From Lepidodermella squamata (Eukaryota; Animalia; Gastrotricha), in NCBI GenBank assembly GCA_047495785.1, contig JBLDXI010000021.1, forward strand, positions 1,488,001 to 1,552,000: 64,000 nt of DNA, given 5' to 3'. Position 1 is the first letter of the stretch. Each line of letters starts with the position of its first letter. The position numbers and the translations under genes are program-made. Of this stretch, positions 12,236 through 24,778 are shown piece after piece. The notes beneath the pieces were generated by a model. That model was not told the origin of the DNA and did not search any database. It was given only the letters and a program-made list of their open reading frames with translations.

Positions 12236-14274
12236 CTAGTTGGCGTTATCCCATGGTCGCCAGCAGTAGAGACCGGCAGCGGCAGCGGCGCGCTGAGTCT
12301 GTTGCAGGGTGGCAATAAAGTTGCCGAACATGGCGCTGTTAATCGCGTCCTTCGATTCGATAAATTCAAGCGGGTTCAAGCCGTTCGCCGCTCCGGGTTG
12401 TTGCGCGACAGCAACGCCGTTCGGCTGCTGGCCCGGCGCGCTTTGCTGACCGGGTTCGTAGTAGAAAACCGTAGTTTGTTGCGACTGCTGCTGGCCGGGA
12501 GCGGTCGGTGCAACATGCGCAAATTGCGGCTGTTGTTGCGGCATGCCGATTTGCTGTTGTTGTTGCTGTTGCTGCTGCTGATACGCGATATTCGAGCCCG
12601 GCGCGGTGACAAATCCGTTCGGCCCGACCGTCAGCTGCGTGCCGTTCGCCAAGAAGGGCACGAGAAGATCTTTCGGCGACTGTGGCGGCGTCGGAATCAT
12701 CTGCTGTTGCATACCCGGCGGCAAGGCGCTGCGGCCAGCCGCGCTCGAAGCCGGCGGTAGGCACTTGGAAATGTGCGCGGTCAGCCGCTCGTTAAGGTGG
12801 CTGATGAGATGGTCTTCGAGCTTGGCGCGCAGGTGCTGCCCCTCGCCGCTGTTCGACTTCGAGTTGTCATGCTCGTCGTCATCGCTGGCCAGGAAATTGT
12901 CACCGTCATCATCTTCGCCCATGCTATCCGAGTCGTGCTCGTCGCCACCGCCGTTAGCCGACATGTGGGAATCATCGTTATTTTGCTGGCTGTGATGAGA
13001 ATGGCTGGATGAAGACGGCGCCAACTTATCAGTTTCCTGATTAGTCGCCAACCACGTTGTTGTGAGACGAGTGCATTCAGCATAACCTGAAATAAAAATG
13101 ATTAAAAATTCCACCTTAATTTTGATTTTTTCCTCAAAAAACTGTTTAACAATTATTTTAGTTTTTTATATAGAATTTTTATATTTTGACTGAACTCACC
13201 AGCACAGAAAGCTTGCTGAATAGCGGCAAGATGTAGGCCGTTATTTTGCTGAGAATTGGACGATGACGATGAACTAGCGACGCCGGTCGAGTTCGAATTA
13301 GGCGACGGTGGCCGGGCGGCGTTGAGATGGTTGTAACTAGCCGCTCCGCCGCTCTTCAGATTCTTGATAAATCGCACAGCCTGTTCTAGGATGTCGGCTT
13401 TTTCAATGCGGCGCTGATTGCTGGCTGAGGCTCCGTTGGACGAGCCGGACGAATCGGCGCCATCAGGGCTGTTCGGTTGGCGCGCGCGGATGTTCGTGCC
13501 GGTCATGACGCGAAGAAGCGTGTGCAGCTCCTCGAGGCTCGAGTTGATTCGAGCGCGGCGTTGCCGCTCGATGATCGGCTTCATCGTAGCCTGATGTGGA
13601 CAAAACACACGACATTATTAGCTAATCGCGTGCGTTTGTTCAAAAAATTCGTTCGTTTAAAGACGATTACACGGGCCAAGCCACGCGATAAAAATAAACG
13701 CGTGTTACTTGAAATTCGGTCGCTATAAGAATGCAGTGTAAAACGAATAGCTAACCTGATAAACTTTTTTATCCACGCCAGTGTGCTTCCGCTTGTTCTT
13801 GCTGCGCGCAGCTGATGAGACGCTGGCCGACGAGGCGGGCGTGTTCGAAGCCTGAACTTGGCCCTGGTGTAGAAGCTGTGCGGTTGGCTGGTTTTGCTGG
13901 GTCATGGGTGCGTACATTTGGGCGACGGCGGCGGCGCGTGTCGGGTCCATCGTGAGGTAGCCGTCAAGCTGGCTTGTAGCCATCAACGCCTGTTCCTGGT
14001 ACCACGGATGCTGCAACTGCTGTTGTTGAAGCTGTTGTTGCAACTGAATTTGAGACTGTTGATGCTGGCCGTTATTGCTGTTGATCCAATAACTTTGCCC
14101 ATTGCCGCTGCCGATATCAACGAGGTACGAAGGTCCTGAAGGTGACGGCGCGGACGAAACCGATGATGCCGACGACCCGGCAGAAGAACCAGAGCCGTCG
14201 ATAGGGCTGCTCGAATAAGGCAAAAATCCACCACTTGTTGTCGTATTATTCGTATTACTGTTATTAGTTGTCAT
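12236..14274 (-). CDS. HES: Hairy/Enhancer-of-split bHLH-Orange repressor, about 586 aa; exons 14274-13756, 13590-13200, 13086-12236
   Basis: Basic region with Pro (KPIIERQRRARIN) and helix 2 EKADILEQAV. Orange domain start FCAG|YAEC is split by an intron. WRPW lies near the C-terminus. Confidence 0.92.
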
Positions 14275-14826
14275 TTTATTATTATAAAAACACTAAAAAT
14301 TCAAGAAATTATTTAACATTGTGTGCAAAAAATAAATCAGCGTGAATGCAGCATGAGGAAAAAACCTAGTGGCATCGCTTTTCATTGATCGTTTCCGAAG
14401 TGAGAAAGCGCACGTGCTACACCGAGAAGCAACAAACAATCACGACTGGGTTTTTTTCTCCACCGGCCATCAAATTTGTATTAATGAGGCCTATATTAGG
14501 CATCGTAAAACTAGACTGCTAAAGTTGGCAAGAAAACGCGTTTGCTGCTTCGTTCTATTATCGGGCTTGGCTAACAAAATGACGATAATAATATTTAAAA
14601 TGGCGCACTGCTGTGACGCAGTATGGGTCGAATAGCGCTTTGAAGCGGGCATTTCAAAAATCATTTAATCCCCCAATAAACGCGCGGCCCTGACCTAATT
14701 CCGGTAACCTGCTGCGCGCGTGCCATTTTATTGGAGCGGCTTAGTTTGTTCTCAAATTATGAATCGCGCATGCCTTGCCAGATAGTATAATTTGACGTCT
14801 AAAATGAGAGGGTCGTACGCGCCTCG

Positions 14827-14946
14827 TTCCCACGTGCCGAAAGAGCCAAACACGCGCTCAATTTTACTGACGGACTAAGCAAATAACCAAGTGGCTATCA
14901 TTTTCGGAGTAATAAATAACTCTAATATAGTCTCGGGGTGTGGGAA
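14827..14946. promoter_or_regulatory. Candidate Su(H)/CSL sites and HES-type bHLH sites upstream of HES
   Basis: TTCCCACG at 14827-14834 (CGTGGGAA on the minus strand) overlaps CACGTGCC. CACGCG at 14851-14856 and TGTGGGAA at 14939-14946. Confidence 0.5.
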
Positions 14947-15774
14947 AACGCGCGATTGCGGAAAGTTAATAGAGGCGCGGTTTTTTTCGGGTCACAGATA
15001 AAACTTGTTTATCACAGCTACGTTGCCGCTCCCCTGCCGCTTATATACGACCACAGCCGTCCGGGTGCCTGGTTTTATTATTGACTTGGTCATCATATCG
15101 TTGATGAGCTATCGACGGGACACTCAAGTAAGTTATGGCGCCACCCGCCGGCGTTGAAGGCGCGGCAGTTGCTGCATGCGCGTGTGGGTGCGCGCGTGCG
15201 AGCACCATGTTGCTAGCAAGCTGGGTAACCCATCGCCTATTAACCTTGGAGGAATAGATGCCGTATCACATCTGCACCGAGGGTGTCGCCCAGGCAAAGT
15301 CATCGACAAGTTAGCCACTCGAGTGTTTGCTCTTCAAACTTCAATTGCTCGTCGATGGTGGAGTCATCGCGTTTCGCAGCTGATAACCAGCAGCGGGCCA
15401 GATTGTGCCATAAATTTCAGCTTTTGAGTTCCGCCTACGATACATCACGCTGTGGTTATTCTCAACCATAAATCGTGCATAGGTAGCCGTGCCTTGAAGC
15501 GCACATCACTAAATAAACCATAAATTTTACCCTAGAAAGAAACTCTAAGAAGCCAAACTTTTTTCCTCTTGCGATTCCACGCATTCCAAGTTCAAGAAAC
15601 GCAAAATATTATAAAAACCCTAACCTTATAGACCACTCTCTAAAAATCAGTGCAAAATATCTGCTTATCGATTGATCGATTTCACTGTTTTAAAAAATGA
15701 CAAAGAAAAATTATTACTTTGAGACCAGCTCTTCAAAACACGTTTTCCAAGCTCGGACATAGAGAGAATACCTA

Positions 15775-16114
15775 CCGTAAACTGTGGTGACTTGCCATGC
15801 CAATATGGGGTGACTTTGACATATCAAAAATCGAAGGTGGTAACGCAAAGACCCCATAAGTGGAGTACCGTTGGATAGCCTGAAAGACGGGCAGTCAGAA
15901 AATTTCATGATTTCAATTTTCATGAGGCCACGGGAGTTCTACTAAAAACGTTACTATGTAATTTACTTGTAATTTTATGTCCCCAAATATATTGTTCTTA
16001 TAAGCATTTTATACAGGCTGGTCTATTCTTGGGCTATCCAACTGTACCCCACTCATGGGGTCTTTAGCTTACCACCTTCGATTTTTGATATGTCAAAGTC
16101 ACCCCATTTTACGG
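15775..16114. mobile_element. 340-bp non-autonomous DNA transposon (MITE) with CCGTA termini and TA flanks, Tc1/mariner-pogo/Tc2-like
   Basis: TA|CCGTAAA...TTTACGG|TA. About 75-bp inverted arms (ATGGGGTGACTTTGACATATCAAAAATCGAAGGTGGTAA... and its reverse complement). No transposase ORF. Confidence 0.85.
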
Positions 16115-16590
16115 TATATCGTGGTATTTGCCTGCAATATCGATAAGAATCTTTTCCTTTTTATCGTTTTTCAAAATTCAGCAATGTCTTCCGATTTGAC
16201 TCGAGAAGTTCAGCTCCATGGCTTCATGGGTTATAGAGATAACTAAATTGAATGTAGCTTCGGTTCGAGTACGTTCCGCTGGAAAACTACTGGTGTATTA
16301 TCGCTATATTCGACAGCGATGATTCTATTACTTGCTTATGCAAACGCAATATTTACAAATCGGGATATAACTCAAAGGAAATATGGTAAATGCCAAGTAT
16401 TTTGTTAAGCCCCGTTTCAACATCAAAAAGTAACCATTTCAACCTGTTTCAATTTTCTTTCAAACATTTTAGGCAGACAAAGCCTTGTAAAACAAGCAAA
16501 CCTGCTAGGATATATGAACCAATTGAAAGAGCACAAAGCGTATTTAATGCGAAGAAGCTGAATATAATTAATTTTTTTCCATGTCATAGG

Positions 16591-17553
16591 CTATTTCTTC
16601 ATGTTGATGGAATATGAACCGGTGGATGGATCTTGTTTCAATTCGAAGCTATCAGTCGACAGACCGAATGGGCGTAAAACCATGTTTCCGAGTTGCTTCA
16701 GTTTGTCTACACGATAAATAATAAAACGTTACAATAGCAATGCTTTGGAAAATTCAAGTTACCCATCATTTCTGTCTTCAGACGTTCGTTCCTTTCATGA
16801 ATTTTTGGAGGTAATTCCTAAAATTATGGAAAAATTTCTGTACAAGTAATTATGCTAAACAAGCAAACTCACCATACACGCGCGTCTCGCTTCGGAAATG
16901 CTGGGGTCGATTTCAATAATCTTTTTGTAGTCTTCGAGAGCTTCGTCAAGTTTATCAAGCTGTTCATACGCTTTTGCTCGGCGTAAATAGGCTTTCACGT
17001 AATTTGGGTCATGTATCACCGCTCTATTAAGGCATAATACAGCGTCGTCCCATCTCGACTGAAGTATGATTCGGAAAATGAAGAATATTTTTACTATTTA
17101 TCAATAATTACCAAGCTGCATAGAGTCGCGGCTAAATTGCTGTACAAAACAGCCATCTCGGACGCCTCATCAATAGGGCATGTCGACAACGCTTTCTGGT
17201 ACATTTCCATTGCTTCCTCGAACTTAGCATTCCGAAATAAATCATTTCCATCTTGCCTCAGCTGCTTGGCAGTTTTCAAGTTTTCCTATTGACAATAACA
17301 CACCTTCAATTGAAAATAACAGTACCAATAAATTGTAGCCAACTTCTTTTTGCTCAGGAAGTAAAGCGCCGTCTCTGGTTCGCTTTTCATCTTCGTCTTC
17401 CAGTGTAATTTTTTTTACGGTTTCCGTGCCGCCAGCCAGAGATGTAATACCACTGTCGCCATCATCCACTACCCTCGCTGCTTCATCGTTTACCGCTTCA
17501 CCCACGCCAGAAGCATTTTCATTGTCTTTACTCTTCAACTCAGAGTCTGACAT
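16591..17553 (-). CDS. TTC1: Tetratricopeptide repeat protein 1
   Basis: TPR repeats ([33 protein letters not shown]) and the C-terminal [19 protein letters not shown]...GSYSINMKK* motif. Several short introns. Confidence 0.9.
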
Positions 17554-18034
17554 ATCAGACGAAAATAATACTCTATAAGTACACCGTTGATTTTCAGTAT
17601 GGTAGAGACATCGTATTTATTCTCTCTTCTCGTAGCCAAAGAAGAAATAAACCAAGAAAAAAGCGACTGATCAAGTGCTGGTCCCTGGAAATATGAAATA
17701 ATAATATAACAATTACGAAGGTGAAAGCAATTTCGTTCAGGAAATTCTCCGACACATAATTAAAATCACTACTAGTAAAGGTAAGAACATACGGTCGATC
17801 AGAACAGCATTCTCACGGCCGCGACTAGCATCACATTTTTTTGTAAAATTTTACCGAATTAGAAAAAGGAAGGTACTCATCAATGTTTACGGCATCAGTG
17901 CTCTATGGAAAAATAATTCATTCAGTGAAACAACCACGATTCAATGGAAAAATATAAAATGTAAGAAAAAATAAACATGGCGAGATCAATGCAATTTTAA
18001 ACATGTACAGGCAAGAAACAATCACTGGTCAAGG

Positions 18035-19823
18035 TTAGGGCATTTTATCTTTATCTTTTTCTTTCGCTCCAAATGCGCTGAGATTAAGGCCAGTCCCACC
18101 AAGATGACTGGGCAAACTTTGATTCCGCACCATTGAACTAGTCGGCACGCTAATTTGGGAATTATTCGCAGCAGATTCATTCCCTTTATCATTTCCATTT
18201 TGAGGTGGCCATTGCGTCGTCGATGGGGACAGAGGTAGTCCTAGTAGGTGGCCATATACCCGATAGTAATCAAGAAACGTTCGTGCGAGACTGCGACCCA
18301 GCCTCATGTAAACTTCCTCGGTGTATGGCACGAGTTGCCCATTGGGCCCGTAATAGCCATAAAACGATACCTACGTACCACAAAATTAGACTATGTAAAC
18401 ATAATATGCGTGACAACTCAAACCTCGAGAGTATAACAATAACAGCGTTCATGAAGACAACCTCCAAGAGCTCGTCGACTAGTGCCTGCTTTCACTGCGT
18501 CTCGATTAAAATTCGTGCTGTCGAATGAAAAGTCTTCAGCATTGGCAGCCAATAGACGAGGAAACACTGTTTGTTGTTCTAGTCGACCTGGATCGTCGTA
18601 AGCGTTGCCGTACATGAATCCATTGGTCATAGCGGTATGAGCATGAAGATCAATGAAAAAATCAAGTTGATATCGTGAATCCTGCTGCAGACGCAGAAGC
18701 AGTTGCTTAGTGAAAAACACAGAAGGATGAGCCCATCTGCTGGGCTCTTGCCATTGTCGATTAAGGTCGAAACCCATCAATGAGCACCTAATGAGAAGGC
18801 ACAACTTTAATTCGGATGGAAAAGGCGACAAAGCTCAACTTACCGGTAATTTCCGAGGTAGACACCGTCGGGATTTAACATGGGCACGATCATGAAGACA
18901 AGAGCGTCGCGCAGCGCATTGGCAAGTGGATGCGAACTAACTAGAAAGTCAATTAGTCCCTGGCACACAAAAGATGCAGGCGTTTCGCCAGGATGGACGC
19001 GAGCAGTAATGAAAACCACGTGATGAGATGTTCCACCAGGAGATGCTTGATCCAACTTCCGATTGGTAATAGTCATAAGATCAACGCGACGCCGTTGTAC
19101 GGTGTAGGCTAACAATTCGCGTTTGACGAAAGGAAGCTGTTTTGATTCAAGATTGTCCAAGTACCGTTGCAAACGAGAGTAGGTGTAAGGGTAGGCGTAC
19201 GCAAATTGGTAAATATCCTCAGGTCGATCGAAACAAAACGCAAATGACAAGACGTAATTTCTTCGGTGATCGGGAGATCTATACCAGAAGACTTGCTTGG
19301 CCGGAATCCTGGTCCAAAAAGGCCGGCTGGTAGATCTTACGATAGGAGTCATTCCATCTCGATATAAAGAACGTGTTTTACTTGAATTGACTATGTTGAA
19401 TAATACTCTTTGTTGAGGAACAGAATTCTGCAAGTAAGTAAGATCGAGATTGATGTTAGATAAAGTAACGAAAATTACCTCTGTAGTAAAATTATACCAA
19501 ACTCGGAATCTCGAGTTACAAGTGTCCGGTCGAATGAAGAGGTCAAATTCAAACTCGTTTACCGCCTCGACTCGGCCTAGATTTCCGCTTTCAAACGCAG
19601 CGTCAAAAATTAGGATTCCTGGCTGGACAGGACCGGTGTAATTTGGTGGCATCGCGGCAAAGCGATGCAAATTCCCAACAACAGGCATCTGCTGAACTCC
19701 AGCTGAGGCTGATCCGGCTCCGGCTCCGGCCGATGGATCAGTGTTGCTTCCATTGATATTTGGATTCGTGTTACCGTTTTGATACCCACCATTGGCGTTG
19801 GTTCCCTCACTTGACGAAGCCAT
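18035..19823 (-). CDS. AGBL4: Cytosolic carboxypeptidase 6 (tubulin deglutamylase, M14D)
   Basis: FESGNL, IRPDTCN, YPYTY, ARVHPGE, NPDG, DLNR, DLHAH and CYTLEV motifs. Includes an in-frame 51-bp intron at 19478-19428. Confidence 0.93.
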
Positions 19824-20331
19824 CTGATATTTCAATCATGATTAAAATGCATCACTAGATGGAAACAAACCTTTCAACCTTACATAAAAAGCATGTGCCT
19901 ATCAAGCTTTTAGGCTGTGCTTTGCCATTACTACTCGTTATTTACATATATTGCTTGCGCGTTCCGTTCAGCACATACACTAAAACTACCTCTCTAGAGC
20001 ACCAAAAATGGGCTACGAGATGGCTGAACAATAGAAGCTTCAAAGATCTGCTTACTACTTACTATGAAGATACTATGCCAGACAGGCCATACCAATGCAC
20101 TCAGATTGCTGGGAATTAATGTCAATAGTATTTCCGTTCGTCTCAGGGCACAGTTTTATCAGCAGTTCAAATGATCAGGCAGGTACTTTAAATTAGATCT
20201 GCACATTATTAATATATGGTCAACAACCGAAAAAAACATTATGAATTCTACATTCTGAATAGAATAAGAAATAGCAGATTACACAATACAGTTCGACGTA
20301 AACAAAATTATTCCGAATCTCCGGTAGTAGG

Positions 20332-20860
20332 CATCATCATCATCATTTTATTGTTTTCCTTCTGATTGCACCATTTTTTTTTTAATTTTATAAAAAAGAA
20401 TATCAGTATTTAGGAATGGATTTATAAATGGGCAAAAAGAGGATCGAGCGCAGAAGTAAGGCGACCGTACACAGCATATAAGAATGTTTATATAGGATGA
20501 TGCGCGCAAGACACGCATACATTAGATAAGGTGATTAAAATAATAATTGGTTTTATTTAACTAAGGCCAAATTTGTAAGGACAGGCCATTCTTCCAATAT
20601 AAATTTTTTGCACGAGTTAACAAAAAGATTTATCGAAGTAATGTTAGTGATAGAGGCAGGTAGAAGGTTCCATAATTTGGCAGTTCTAATAGCAAAGCTA
20701 AAGCCCCTAGGAAAAAGTGAATGTTGAGGAATTGTTAATTTGTTATTAGAATGATGTCGAGTAGTAGAGAGATTAGGTTTGAGAAAGAAAGTATCGAATT
20801 CTAGAGGATGAGACATATTATTAATTATTTTGAACGCCATCGTAAGATCGCGGACTAACC
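20332..20860 (-). mobile_element. 5'-truncated non-LTR retrotransposon relic (CR1/L2-like ORF2 C-terminus with 3' tail)
   Basis: Translation ...MAFKIIN...FSFAIRTAKLWNLLPASI...SINLF resembles the end of LINE ORF2. On the minus strand it is followed by AATAAA and an (ATG)5 microsatellite tail. Confidence 0.7.
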
Positions 20861-23152
20861 ATGCCTATTATTTAATTGAATACTGCTATTTTTCTAGTGG
20901 AAGCAATCTTGAAGCCCCTTAAATTCTTAACGGCGTACGACATTTCAAAACAGGACGAAGGGCAGACGTTGAAACAACAACACAGCGAAATCGACGTCTT
21001 TCTTTTCCATGTCGTCCCAAAAAACGTTTTCTTTTTTTCATTCGCTGGCGTCCTTAGTAACACAAATTAAATTAACAAAGAAGATGTTGATAGCGTGAAT
21101 TTGTTAATATGCATATAAATAGCACAATACATGTCAAGCGAAGTTGAATTTGCGCGCTAAAAATCTTCGTCTTTTTTGTCGCGCGCGAAAATGACCCGCT
21201 TGCTCAAGTTCCCCCGCTGTGAGCTAAGGGCCAACCGGGCAGATTGCTGAGGTTATCTTGCATCATTTAGTTGCTAGGCGCCTTCCTTCAGCCTTCAGAG
21301 CCTTTCTTTTTGGTTATGCTCTTACATGGCGTCCTTGCTTTCATAGTATTTCACTAATCGTTATGATGGCGTTGTTATCTCATTTAATTATTGGGCTTTG
21401 GGCCATAATTCGTCACTTGATACTTTGAACTCCTTGGCGCACGTTCACATTTTGCATGCATGAAGTTTATGGAATACCTGCGGTGTTCTGGACCATCCAC
21501 CATCCACCTAGTCTCAAGGTCTATATTCACCCATTTGATAGTTCTCGATTCATTCGCACCTCACAAAGCTCGTCGCATTGTATTTGTTGCGATTTTTGTC
21601 AGTAATCAATAACTGACACTGCTCTTGGCGCCTTATGATCAAGATTGTCATACGAGACCTAAGACAGACAGTTGCGCCTCGTGTGATACTCTTGGAACAC
21701 CTTCCTATACAAGAAAACATGGGAGATACATCCGTTCCCTTATCATGAATAATCCGCAGTACTCGGTAAATTCCTCCGAAATAGCTGATGATTTGCTAGC
21801 TAAGTATTTTGTTACAGTATAGCTTCATTATGTTATCAACTATGTGTAGAATGAGTTGTCGCAAATGTGCGATGAAATTGTTACTCATTTATTTTCAAGT
21901 CATTTATATCAAAGAAGCTATTATCTCATCTCCATCTTTCGCTGCTACATGTCTTAATCACCGGACTGCTTGGGCTCAAAAGGACATTTTTAAAAGGTGT
22001 AACAGCTTGTTGTGGCGTAACAGCTGTTGCAGATACTCGCAACGCGGAAAATCGTACACCGATTGAATCAGTTGAATCTCCCTCTTACAGGGTGCGCATT
22101 TCTGACCTAGATTCATAGCAATGCGATACTTAGTTTTGGACACATATTGCAAGTAAAGCTTGCGTCATAGGACTTTGCTGAGGCAGTTAATATTTAAAGA
22201 TCCATAAGAGATTTATTATTTCTGATTTGTTTTTTGAGCAAGATTATTTCGCTGATGAATATGATTTTTGTTGCATCTAACATAATGTTTTGCAGATCGA
22301 GCCACACTCGTAAAAATTTGTAACCGGACTTAATCATTGAATTTTTGCAATATGGCACATAGCTAGAGGATTGACGAAGCAAAATTGTTCTTGTTACAAT
22401 GTCATGCAGTCTTGGCTCTATATTCTCACCTTGATACCATAATTGCTCACGTTTACATAAGAAAAGATAACATGCGCGAGAAGTGCGTAACAATTGAAAA
22501 CGAAGGTATGGTGCACTTTATTTCCTCTATTCAGCCTGTTTTGTGGTTTTGCTCCCACTAAAATCCACAGGAATATATTTAAAACGTGGCTGCTTTGCGT
22601 CAGCGCCGATGTTGTTTAAAGCGCGTTTCTACCGTTAATTTTTTTTTGTTAGCGAAGGATTGTCATTTTATGTAATTTGATATTGTTGGAAAGCTTACCA
22701 TGTGTGGTATTTGTTGTTGTTTCGCGTGAGGGCGAGGTTTTTGAAATGTTTGTTTGGTTGAATAATTTTGTTGCGCACTCGAACGAGAACTATCTACAAC
22801 GTGTTAGCTTGCTAGCAATTTCCCGCTGACGTTGATTGAAGGGTGGGGCTGCATTTAGTGGTATTTCAGTCGGTGTAATCATGAGGCGTTATAGTCAGTT
22901 ATTTTTAATGATGTATCTTTTGACGACGGCAATTTTATGCGCCTGCCTGAAGTGTCAATGTCGATATTGGAAAAAACTTACTGCAGATCTGTCCAGTGCA
23001 AGCTTGATTTTTTTGCTATGCGCGGTTGTTTATAAAAGCTTATGCCAATCAGATAACCGCGATGAGCGTTTGCTCTAATGCAGCTGTTGATACATCATCG
23101 AATTCTCACCTATTATCTTTGGCTTAGGTTCTTAGTTATTTTATACCGAGAA

Positions 23153-24172
23153 ATGGCTATCCCGTTTAATGATGCGGTAGTTCCTACTGAGTTCACTTCA
23201 GAGCTTCTGTTGGATAAACATGTTGATTTTATTCTTAATTACGGCTGTAAGCAAAATGAATACGAGCACGCCATGACCGAATATTTGCGGCTCAGCGGTA
23301 TTTATTGGTGCTCAACCGCTGTTGACATAGCAGGCCGGTTGGTGAAGAGAGACGACGTTAACAATTTGTCTGAAGCGGCGAAAGAGGCCGTTGAATTTAC
23401 CATCAAGTGTCTTAACTCAAACGGCGGATTTCAACCGGCCCCTGGGCATGATCCTCACTTGCTTCACACGCTCAGCGCCATTCAAGTCCTAACGACCTTC
23501 GACGCTCTCGATCAGTTGCCAAGTAAAGAAATGGTAGCGAAATTCGTCGCTGGGCTGCAAAACCCGGATGGTAGTTTTTGCGGCGATAAATGGGGCGAAG
23601 TTGACACTCGTTTCACTTTCTGCGCTATTGCCACGCTGATTTTGCTAGACAGAAAAGACCGATCTTACCTGAAAATGATCGACGTCGATAAAGCAACTGA
23701 GTTCCTGCTGAAATGCCACAACGTCGATGGCGGTTTCGGGTCGAGGCCAAATTCCGAATCCCATTCTGGTCAAGTTTATTGCTGTACTGGAGCGCTGAAA
23801 CTGCTGAACCGTCTTCATTTGATCGACGTCGACCGTTTAGGCTGGTGGCTGAGTGAACGGCAGTTGCCGTCTGGCGGTTTGAACGGCCGGCCTGAAAAAT
23901 TGCCTGATGTTTGTTATTCTTGGTGGGTCCTATCGAGTCTAGCAATGATCGACAGACTGCATTGGATCAACCGTGACGCGCTTTCACGGTTCATTCTAGC
24001 GTCTCAAGATTCTGACATCGGCGGTTTTTCTGATCGGCCCGGTGATATTCCGGACCCATTTCATACTTTGTTCGCTCTGAGTGGTCTTTCTTTGCTTGGC
24101 TGGGCCGATTTGAAACCTGTGAATCCGATTTTTTGCATGGCTCAGGAACTATTGCCTGAGTTTGTAATTTAA
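23153..24172 (+). CDS. RABGGTB: Rab geranylgeranyltransferase beta subunit (intronless CDS)
   Basis: TEYLRLSGIYW, GDKWGEVDTRF, ESHSG, GRPEKLPDVCYSWW and DPFHT prenyltransferase motifs. Confidence 0.97.
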   Translation: MAIPFNDAVVPTEFTSELLLDKHVDFILNYGCKQNEYEHAMTEYLRLSGIYWCSTAVDIAGRLVKRDDVNNLSEAAKEAVEFTIKCLNSNGGFQPAPGHDPHLLHTLSAIQVLTTFDALDQLPSKEMVAKFVAGLQNPDGSFCGDKWGEVDTRFTFCAIATLILLDRKDRSYLKMIDVDKATEFLLKCHNVDGGFGSRPNSESHSGQVYCCTGALKLLNRLHLIDVDRLGWWLSERQLPSGGLNGRPEKLPDVCYSWWVLSSLAMIDRLHWINRDALSRFILASQDSDIGGFSDRPGDIPDPFHTLFALSGLSLLGWADLKPVNPIFCMAQELLPEFVI

Positions 24173-24778
24173 CTTGCAATTTTGATCAAGACTTGTACAC
24201 ATGATTTATTCTCAATTTCAGAGCTTCTATTTGGAATAGTAATAAATGATTTCGCTGCTGGCTTTATCTAGTGCGTCGCCCTCGTTGACCCGACACCATG
24301 TCTAATTCGACCGGAAATGGCCGACGTCTTTAATAAGTTTCTTAGAATAATAAGTGCGCGATAATATTAAGACTCAGTAGCATGCGTTGGTTTATTGTAT
24401 TTTTTATGGGCCCTAAGCCAGAAAGCGAGGTCGCCCACGCCGCGCATGCACTAGCAATGAGAAACTTCCGCCACGTGCACGCCGTATTTTTTTCTCTTGC
24501 TGTGCACAACGTGGTTGTTGTCGCGCCGCGTATAAATATCGATGTCGCATGAAATCAGATTACTATTTCCATTTCATTTCTAGCAGCTTTGATTTGTTTG
24601 CGAATAGTTTAAGTGCCGCAATCGATCGATCATCGCATGCTAATTTTGGATGACTGCTTTGCTTATGTCCATATCGCGGACGCTTTTAACACACGGCTCT
24701 TGAGTTATAATTAAGGTCTTCTCTCCTTTGTAGGCTTTTAGTTTTTCATTTTATAACTGAAAGCAATATCGACATCAC

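Noticed and set aside
12206-12995. Long plus-strand ORFs (184 aa, 129 aa) opposite HES
   Set aside because: Antisense shadows of GC-rich, Gln/Ala-rich coding sequence with no motifs.
15714-16246. Two ORFs sharing MGSL.YHLRFLICQSHPIL
   Set aside because: They are translations of the two arms of the MITE, not duplicated genes.
16255-16280. tRNA B-box-like GGTTCGAGT
   Set aside because: No cloverleaf or A-box context.
23078-23152. N-terminal extensions in the ORF track (RABGGTB here; likewise 37403-37525 and 51940-52196)
   Set aside because: T-rich UTR or intron sequence read in frame; homology starts downstream.
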